A stretch of 44,306 bases of DNA from positions 1-44,306 of the forward strand of contig JAWOBF010000106.1 of assembly GCA_046498225.1 (NCBI GenBank), given 5' to 3'. The notes below the pieces were generated by a model. The model searched no databases, was not told the DNA's origin, and worked only from the letters and a program-made list of their open reading frames with translations. Position numbers and translations under genes: made by a program. The stretch is from Candidatus Aegiribacteria sp. GTDB lineage: Bacteria; Fermentibacterota; Fermentibacteria; Fermentibacterales; JCC-6. Below, one piece after another: positions 38,042-44,306 of this stretch (positions are counted from its first letter, which is position 1; the number at the start of each line of letters is the position of its first letter).

Positions 38042-38056
38042 TCACAATGGGGGTCA

Positions 38057-38085
38057 ATAATACAAATTCGCCCACCCGGGGGCAA
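38057..38085 (-). promoter_or_regulatory. Sigma-70 promoter of tRNA-Cys
   Basis: TTGCCC-17 nt-TATTAT ending 15 nt upstream of the tRNA. Confidence 0.6.
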
Positions 38086-38097
38086 GACTCGGCGGGT

Positions 38098-38736
38098 TCA
38101 GTCCACCCAGTCCAGGTTTATGTTCAGGGCCCCCGAATAGGACAACTCACCCAGGGGCGTGGTAACGGTGGGCACCGCAACCACGAGAATCCTCCCAAGG
38201 TGGTCGCCGTCCCTCAGGTCGGAATCCACACCCCCTATGGCCAGGGCCAGGTCAAGGAAGTTCAGTACTCCCATTTCTCCCATCAGGGCCACAGCGTCGA
38301 ACCCTATGTCCAGGGGCAGGATTACGGTCTCCCCCGAACCCGGGACCTCCAGGGGCTGTGCAAGCGCCCCGGACGCCACCCAGGTTGTGTCGAAGGATTC
38401 ACCGGAATCCCCGTCAAGGAACAGGTCCCAGGCGAAGCCGGTAAGTGTGGCGGGAATTACGTCCGGTCCGGTGGAGCCGTCGTTGGGGTTGAATATCCCG
38501 ATGTTGAGGGTAAAATCCACAGGCAGACTGCCGGAAGCCCATACCGCCAGGACCTCGGCCATCTGGCCGGGAGTGAGAGTCTCCAGGTTGTCCAGCTGTA
38601 TTCCGGTGATGGAGAAATCCTCAGTGTCCTCCACCCTGAAACGGCATCGGAGCAGGGTCAGCAGGTCGCCGGGACTGCACCCGGATACCAACAGCGGCAA
38701 AAGAACAGCGAACATCACAACGACTAACTTCCTCAT
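38098..38736 (-). CDS. Lipoprotein, LEA type 2-like
   Basis: Start at MRKLVV; lipobox VSGC; LNIGIFNPN; W.L..DG. Confidence 0.65.
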   Translation of the reverse strand: MRKLVVVMFAVLLPLLVSGCSPGDLLTLLRCRFRVEDTEDFSITGIQLDNLETLTPGQMAEVLAVWASGSLPVDFTLNIGIFNPNDGSTGPDVIPATLTGFAWDLFLDGDSGESFDTTWVASGALAQPLEVPGSGETVILPLDIGFDAVALMGEMGVLNFLDLALAIGGVDSDLRDGDHLGRILVVAVPTVTTPLGELSYSGALNINLDWVD

Positions 38737-38817
38737 ATTCAACTCATCTTCCTTCCAGATGCATATCCGGTGCAAGGCACCGAATGCGCTATTTCCATAC
38801 GATCAGCGATATTTTTT

Positions 38818-41800
38818 TCAAACCCGGCTCCGCTGCATCAGGTCGTGGGCCTCCTCCGCAGCATCGATATCCCAGGCGGAGCGTATTATCAGGTTGCGGT
38901 ACCTGAACAGCCGCATCTCCTTCCAGCGGGGATCATTCAGCGCTTGGGACATCACCAGCTCCGCTTCATCCGTCCTTCCCCTGTCGTGCAGCCACTTCGC
39001 CAGAAGTCCGGACGCTCTGAAGGCCGCCCTGTCGTTCAATTCCGGTATCATTCCCTCCGCCGCTTCCCTCCAGTCTGTTCCCTGAAGGACCGAGGAGACC
39101 CAGGCCTCCTGAAGCTTAATCTCATCCGCGGTTACTATGACAGAAGTGAAGATGATGGAGGTCATGCTGCTGCCGTTCAGCAGTCCTGCGGCTCTTCGAA
39201 TCTCGTCCAGAGAGCCTTCCATATCCTCCTCCATCTCCAGAAGATAAGAATTGACCACCGCCACGGCGGGATTCTCCGGCTGCCGGCAGAGAAGATCATT
39301 CAATCTGTTCCTGGCCGGACCGAGCTGCCCCGATTCCATATCGAGCTCCACCCTGATGAGAGTCATGTCATCCAGAACCTTTACCTCGGAAAACTTGTCG
39401 GCAAGGTCCACGGCTTCTCTCCGGACCAGCTCGGCCGACTCCAGGTCGAACGCATGGTACAGCGCGTCCGCCATCTCCGCTTTCAGCATCAATGAGCCAT
39501 GCAGTGAAGCTGTAAGCTCAGCCCTTTCGACACCCTCCTTAAAAACACTTGCAGAAGTCACCGGTCGGCCGGCCAGGAGCATCGTTTCCGCCACGTCGTA
39601 GAAGTACCACCATTGTCCGTCTTCGATCTCCCTTGAGACCTTCAGCAGTTGAATTGAAAGGCCGCCGGCGGCGGAAAAATCCTCCATGAGCATTGCTATC
39701 AGCATCCTGTGATGAATAAGTTCCGTTTCAAGGTATCTGAATTGTTCATCCCCATGCAGTTTTCCAAGTTCTCCATCGGCCGAGTTAAGCTTCTCCAGCG
39801 CGGTGTCGGTCCTGCCCAGCCTGCTCAAGTTGTCGGCTTCCTTTATCAGACAGTCCACAAGGTTGTATCCACTGATCACAGGCTCAAGTTCGGACAGCTC
39901 CTCCAGGGCTTTTTCCATATCGCCCGTCATTCTCAGGCAGTCCGCCGCCAGCAGCCTGCTCGATATGGCATTCTCGGGCATATTCAGTTCATCGGCTAGT
40001 TCGGCGTGCTGAAGGGCTGTCTTTCTTGTCATGGGCCAGTTCCCCGACAATCTGTAAGCACAAAGGAGTTCGAATTTCAGTTCAGCATGCTTCTCAATAG
40101 AAAACCGGGCTTCAGGCAACTGCCGGCTCAAGCGCTCTGCTTCCTCCAGGCATGCCACAGCAGCGGCGGGAAGCCCCGCCCTGAGGCTCGATTCAGCTCC
40201 CAGACCGAAGATCTCCAGCGCTTCCAGGGTCTCCCCGCTCTTTTCAAGATGGTATCCGGCGTTGAGATGATCTCCTTCCCGCTTCCTTCTCTGTGCCACC
40301 AGAGCATGATATCTGCGAGTCGATGCACTGCCTGCACTGCTGTAAACCTCTTCTCTGAATGCCTCGTTCGTGAAGTGGAAGGACATTGTGTCATCGATGC
40401 CGGTCCTGAGTATCCCCCGCCGCAGACCCTCATCCAGAGCACTGAGGATCTCGCCTTCGGTCCTGCCGGACATTCCTGACAGAAGGTCCAGTTCAAGAGG
40501 CTCCTTTCTGAAAACGGAGGCCTGCTGAAGAATACGCAGGGTTTCCCTGTCCAGCGATCCGATCTTTCCGGCGACTATGTTCCTGATTTTGTTCGGCACC
40601 GTGGAGGGCAGGGAGAAGGGCAGCAGTTTTCCGCTCTCTACTCTGAGAAGTCCGGCGTTCAGCATGGTCCTGATGTACTCACAGGCGAAGAGGGGGTTTC
40701 CACCAGAGAATCGGTAGACCATCTCAGCGAATTCATCAACACCCCTGACCACACCGAGCCTCCCCTTTATCAGCTCCCCGGTCTGGAACAGGGAAAGCCG
40801 TCCCAGCTCTATCTCCCGGGACGCACCTATATGCCTCAGCAGTCCGGCGGAATCATTCTCACCGGCATCTCCATTCCCGGTGAAAGCAGCGCATACGGAT
40901 AACCCGGAATCGATACCTGTCTGAAGAGCGTAACCCAGTAGTGAAACGGTCTCCCGGTCAAGCCAGTGAGCGTTGTCAACCAGGATAAGCAGCGGAGTCC
41001 ATGCGGTGAAAAGGCTGGAAAACGCGTCGAGGAGCGCGAATCTGTCCATGATGCTGTCGCTGAGGCTGGACTCCCCGAAAACATCCGGAATCAGTCTTCC
41101 GAGAAGATTGGACCATAGATCCGGGAGTTCTACATCGGGAAGATCCGGAGCGTATTTCCGTACGGAAGCAGCCAGCGCCGCCCAGGGAACGCCGGCAAGC
41201 TCCTGTCTGGCGCCGATCCTCATCACTCTCCTGTGACTGAGCCTCCGACCGACAGCATCCAGAAAAGAAGTCTTTCCGGAGCCGGTTTCTCCTTCTATCA
41301 ATACCATGGCATTCGAGTCGCTGTTCTCAAGAAGGCTCACCGCCCGGTCCATCTCGAGATTCCTCGCCAGGAAAACATCCTCGTGCCAGAACACTTCACT
41401 GCCCTCCGGGGCCGCCAGCCTCCAGCAGGCCTTTCCGGAGGCTTTGGCCGCGTACATGGCTCTGTCGGACATGGAGAGGAGATCGCTGGGAACCGATGCG
41501 TGCTCGGGGTGACAGGCGATTCCGATGCTGGCGGATACTCCCCATAATGAACCCAGTTCCCTGTCCACCGAAGTTATTATCTTCTCCGCCACCAGGGTTG
41601 CCTCATCATGCTCCCCTCCGGAGAGGATGATCACGAATTCGTCGCCTCCGTACCTCACCACGAGGTCTCTTTTTCTGAGGGACTGCGGCAGAATCCTCCC
41701 AAGCCTTCGAAGAAGCCTGTCCCCCTCCTCGTGCCCCGCGGTATCGTTAACCTGTTTGAAGTTGTCCAGGTCCATGAAAAGAACTGAGAAAGGTCCCCCG

Positions 41801-41931
41801 TCCCCGATCAGTCTGTCAAGAACACTGCGGAGGAACCTTCGGTTGGGAAGTCCGGTCAGATGGTCTACGTAAGACAGGGATGAAGCTCCAGAAATCCCGA
41901 ATCTTTCAAGTATCTCCGGTGTGATTTCCAT
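38818..41931 (-). CDS. Diguanylate cyclase fused to STAND/AAA ATPase and TPR-like repeats
   Basis: DHLTGLPNRR, DLDNFK.VND..GH, RKRD I-site, YGGDEF; GETGSGKTS, LVDNAHWLD, SGGNPLF; helical C-terminus. Confidence 0.88.
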   Translation of the reverse strand: MEITPEILERFGISGASSLSYVDHLTGLPNRRFLRSVLDRLIGDGGPFSVLFMDLDNFKQVNDTAGHEEGDRLLRRLGRILPQSLRKRDLVVRYGGDEFVIILSGGEHDEATLVAEKIITSVDRELGSLWGVSASIGIACHPEHASVPSDLLSMSDRAMYAAKASGKACWRLAAPEGSEVFWHEDVFLARNLEMDRAVSLLENSDSNAMVLIEGETGSGKTSFLDAVGRRLSHRRVMRIGARQELAGVPWAALAASVRKYAPDLPDVELPDLWSNLLGRLIPDVFGESSLSDSIMDRFALLDAFSSLFTAWTPLLILVDNAHWLDRETVSLLGYALQTGIDSGLSVCAAFTGNGDAGENDSAGLLRHIGASREIELGRLSLFQTGELIKGRLGVVRGVDEFAEMVYRFSGGNPLFACEYIRTMLNAGLLRVESGKLLPFSLPSTVPNKIRNIVAGKIGSLDRETLRILQQASVFRKEPLELDLLSGMSGRTEGEILSALDEGLRRGILRTGIDDTMSFHFTNEAFREEVYSSAGSASTRRYHALVAQRRKREGDHLNAGYHLEKSGETLEALEIFGLGAESSLRAGLPAAAVACLEEAERLSRQLPEARFSIEKHAELKFELLCAYRLSGNWPMTRKTALQHAELADELNMPENAISSRLLAADCLRMTGDMEKALEELSELEPVISGYNLVDCLIKEADNLSRLGRTDTALEKLNSADGELGKLHGDEQFRYLETELIHHRMLIAMLMEDFSAAGGLSIQLLKVSREIEDGQWWYFYDVAETMLLAGRPVTSASVFKEGVERAELTASLHGSLMLKAEMADALYHAFDLESAELVRREAVDLADKFSEVKVLDDMTLIRVELDMESGQLGPARNRLNDLLCRQPENPAVAVVNSYLLEMEEDMEGSLDEIRRAAGLLNGSSMTSIIFTSVIVTADEIKLQEAWVSSVLQGTDWREAAEGMIPELNDRAAFRASGLLAKWLHDRGRTDEAELVMSQALNDPRWKEMRLFRYRNLIIRSAWDIDAAEEAHDLMQRSRV

Positions 41932-42010
41932 CAGTAACCTTCCCTGTGAACACCGAACACCACTGGTCTATCAAGGCATGGACGGCGGCGAAACAGCAGA
42001 AGGACCCATT

Positions 42011-42043
42011 GGGAGAATACTCTGTCCTCTCCCGTTCCGTCAA
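42011..42043 (-). promoter_or_regulatory. Candidate promoter for the GGDEF-STAND gene
   Basis: TTGACG-18 nt-TATTCT, overlapped by a GGGAGA/TCTCCC inverted repeat. Confidence 0.4.
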
Positions 42044-42067
42044 TCTCGAAATACCGGTTCCGTCCCC

Positions 42068-42484
42068 TCATCTGTAAAAATCGATCCAGGTTATTCGGAT
42101 TCCTTTCAGATGAGCATCCAGTGGCAGTGTCAGGACTCCGTCAGCCATCTCCACCGGCTGACGCTCCAGCAGAACGTGCCGGGCCGAACCGTCTTCCAGC
42201 ACGACCTCGAGGCTCTCGCAGGTTCTGAAGGGCCTCTCATGACTGTACATCAGTTCCAGCTCCAGGGTTTCCGCCCTGACCGTGTCCGAGAATTCGATCC
42301 GGCCTGATCCGATGCCGAAGGAGCTGAAAAGCCTTACCCGCAGCGCCTCCCCGTCAAGACAGACTTCAAGTGAGTCCAGCCTGTCACCGGCTGATCGATG
42401 GTCCGGCAGGGCTGAGTCCCCGCAGGCCGCGGCAATGCAGGACAGAAACAGAACACCGACGGCATGAACAGTATCGCGGATCAT
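42068..42484 (-). CDS. Hypothetical lipoprotein
   Basis: GGGGAGGG SD before ATG 42484; lipobox AAAC; C-terminal WIDFYR. Confidence 0.65.
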   Translation of the reverse strand: MIRDTVHAVGVLFLSCIAAACGDSALPDHRSAGDRLDSLEVCLDGEALRVRLFSSFGIGSGRIEFSDTVRAETLELELMYSHERPFRTCESLEVVLEDGSARHVLLERQPVEMADGVLTLPLDAHLKGIRITWIDFYR

Positions 42485-42671
42485 GATACCCTCCCCTTCA
42501 GTCGGAATATAATCAACCCGAAGGACCGGCCCGCAGAAGTTCCCCGGTCCTCCGGGAGCTTTCACTGGCCATACGCAGACAGTGTAGCCAATATAGGACC
42601 TGGAGCGGCTGGATGGAATGAGAAGAAGCGAGAAAGGTCCTTTCAGGCCTGCCGATGGTGCCCCTGAATCC

Positions 42672-44306
42672 TTACCGGTGCGCCCTGAATATCTCAGCCA
42701 GTCGTTCATCCTCTTCGCAGGCTCCGAACAGCCACAGCATCCGCATGCTCCTCTTCCTGACATCGGTGCTGTATACCGACAGGTGGCAACCATGCCTTCC
42801 GTAGTCCTCGCTCATGAGTATTCCATTCTCGAGGGCGAATCCCTCAACGAATGACCGTCCCCTGCTTACCCGGGCCCACTTTCCCATCTCTGTCCAGGCG
42901 CCGGCGTGCTTCCGTCCCTGGGTCAGGGCGGGAAACCTGTCGCAGGTCAGCACGGCATCCTCGCCGCTTCCGCCGGGCTGAAGGAATCCGCGAACATCCA
43001 TCTGGCCCCTGAGAGAGGCGCCGGCCAGGGACTCGCAGTCCATGACGGTTCGAAGGACCGGAACGCCTGGAAGGAGAGTGACCGTCCAGGCAACCGTAAG
43101 AGAACCGTATTTCTTGTGGTCCACTTTCCAGACCAGTCTGAAACCCTTTTCCCGAAGACCTCCGCTTTCTCTCTCTGTCTCCTCCACTTCCGGAGCGTGG
43201 TCCTGAAGCGGGTATGGACCCGCGCCTCTGGCGGATACTTTGGGCAGAATGCCTCCGAACCACGGCTTCTCCCAGGCGAACTCCCCCGGCTCGGGATGTG
43301 ACGAGCTCAGATACTCCACCCCGTCCAGAAGAAGGGAGTATACATGTCCGCAGGCGGCCGGATCGATGGAAGCGGTTACCCTTCCATTACTTATCTCCAG
43401 TCCGTTCGAACCCTTTTCCTCCGCATTCACAGAGCTGTCCCGGCCCGCGAGGTACACCGGCAGTGACATTGTCCTCCCCGCCAGGGTGAGACCCGCATCC
43501 ACCCTTCCCTCTCCCTCAAGCACTCCGGAGATGGAGGTTCCGCTCTTTACCTTTCCTGAGGCTACCTCACCGCCATCGAGGGATATCACGGCTTCCCTCT
43601 CTCCCTGCAGCGGATGGCCGAGGGTCACCTCGGTCCCGGAAGCCATTACAGGCTCGAGGTCATGGGTGAAGAAGCGCAGCCTCCTTTCGGTATTCCAGGT
43701 CTTCCAGCCAAGATTGCCGGCCATTCTCAGAAGGCTGTCCGTACTTCCCTTTACGTGAAGAATTCGAACCGGCGGGGACTCCAGCGCATCACCGGGTGGA
43801 ATCTCCGTCTCCGGAACTCCGGGCATGGAGTACTCCATCTCCTTCCAGTGAGGAAAATAAACCATCAGAGAATCGTCCCCGCTGCTTGTTCCGAGCCATG
43901 GCGCCCCAAGGTTAGCCGTTTCCTTCGAAAAATCTTCGGCTGGATCGGGAACCTGGTTGAACACCACCTGTTCCACCAGAAGACCCTCCGGAAGCGGGAC
44001 AAGCCTTTTACCGGATTCCATCTCCCCGGACCATCTTGCCCTGGCGCGGTAATTCACCCGCTGGGCGGTGTTCGAGCCGTTCTCCACCGAAGCGGTTGTC
44101 TCCATGAAACCGGCCCGGTCCAGTCTGACCCTGATCCTGTGTACCATGCCCGGCCTCGACGGCCAGCCGGTCCACCCGGTTACCTCCCCCTCATCCAGCT
44201 CCAGCCGGTAGGTCTGCCTGGGCAGGTCCGAGTTCCACACAAGGGGCGGACCGGGACAAAGCATGATACTTCCCAGTTCTCTGGGAACGCCATCCTCACC
44301 CGGAAC
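42672..44306 (-). CDS. C-terminal part of a large hypothetical protein (beta-sandwich rich), truncated by the window edge
   Basis: Frame stays open from 44306 to the stop at 42672; no recognisable catalytic motif. Confidence 0.7.
   Translation of the reverse strand, partial: VPGEDGVPRELGSIMLCPGPPLVWNSDLPRQTYRLELDEGEVTGWTGWPSRPGMVHRIRVRLDRAGFMETTASVENGSNTAQRVNYRARARWSGEMESGKRLVPLPEGLLVEQVVFNQVPDPAEDFSKETANLGAPWLGTSSGDDSLMVYFPHWKEMEYSMPGVPETEIPPGDALESPPVRILHVKGSTDSLLRMAGNLGWKTWNTERRLRFFTHDLEPVMASGTEVTLGHPLQGEREAVISLDGGEVASGKVKSGTSISGVLEGEGRVDAGLTLAGRTMSLPVYLAGRDSSVNAEEKGSNGLEISNGRVTASIDPAACGHVYSLLLDGVEYLSSSHPEPGEFAWEKPWFGGILPKVSARGAGPYPLQDHAPEVEETERESGGLREKGFRLVWKVDHKKYGSLTVAWTVTLLPGVPVLRTVMDCESLAGASLRGQMDVRGFLQPGGSGEDAVLTCDRFPALTQGRKHAGAWTEMGKWARVSRGRSFVEGFALENGILMSEDYGRHGCHLSVYSTDVRKRSMRMLWLFGACEEDERLAEIFRAHR

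Noticed and set aside
37900..38100. tRNA as an island integration site
   Set aside because: No integrase, and I saw no duplicated tRNA 3' end in the window
42485..42793. Cys-rich N-terminal extension (CGCCGC) of the 241-aa ORF
   Set aside because: Overlaps the upstream gene end and the intergenic region; a strong SD and lipoprotein signal start at 42484
1..44306. CRISPR array, IS element, prophage, selenocysteine read-through or programmed frameshift
   Set aside because: None seen by eye: no regularly spaced repeats, no mobile-element genes, and recognised genes appear intact

Overview
GC-rich bacterial chromosomal window with dense coding, mostly on the minus strand. I saw no CRISPR array, integrase or transposase. 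The gene styles suggest a diderm anaerobe, perhaps FCB-related (weak inference). Left to right: HD hydrolase; isocitrate/isopropylmalate-family dehydrogenase; tricorn-like S41 protease; methyltransferase; GT-C protein; M23 peptidase; a short sigma-70 factor; a methyltransferase/NDP-sugar pyrophosphorylase/gmhA cluster. Next is a 9-gene operon: a PilM-PilN fusion, a lipoprotein, pilO, a much-extended pilP, pilQ, rsmD, coaD, an aminotransferase and a zinc-ribbon/RomX-like protein, with a divergent ribbon-helix-helix-like gene. A GT-C/GT2 pair follows. Then a long coupled run: rsbV, rsbW, a 1202-aa NTPase-HEAT-PP2C protein, SAM hydrolase, GH57, a small Zn-ribbon protein, murU-like, amgK-like, trpS, cysS. 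The right end has tRNA-Cys leading a CXXC/4Fe-4S/TlpA/GT2 cluster, a GGDEF-STAND-TPR protein and lipoproteins. The best candidates for undescribed systems are (1) a partner-switching module whose phosphatase has an NLR/STAND-like architecture and (2) an atypical type IV pilus alignment operon carrying a RomX-like polarity protein. All family calls come from motif recognition by eye; no database searches were run.
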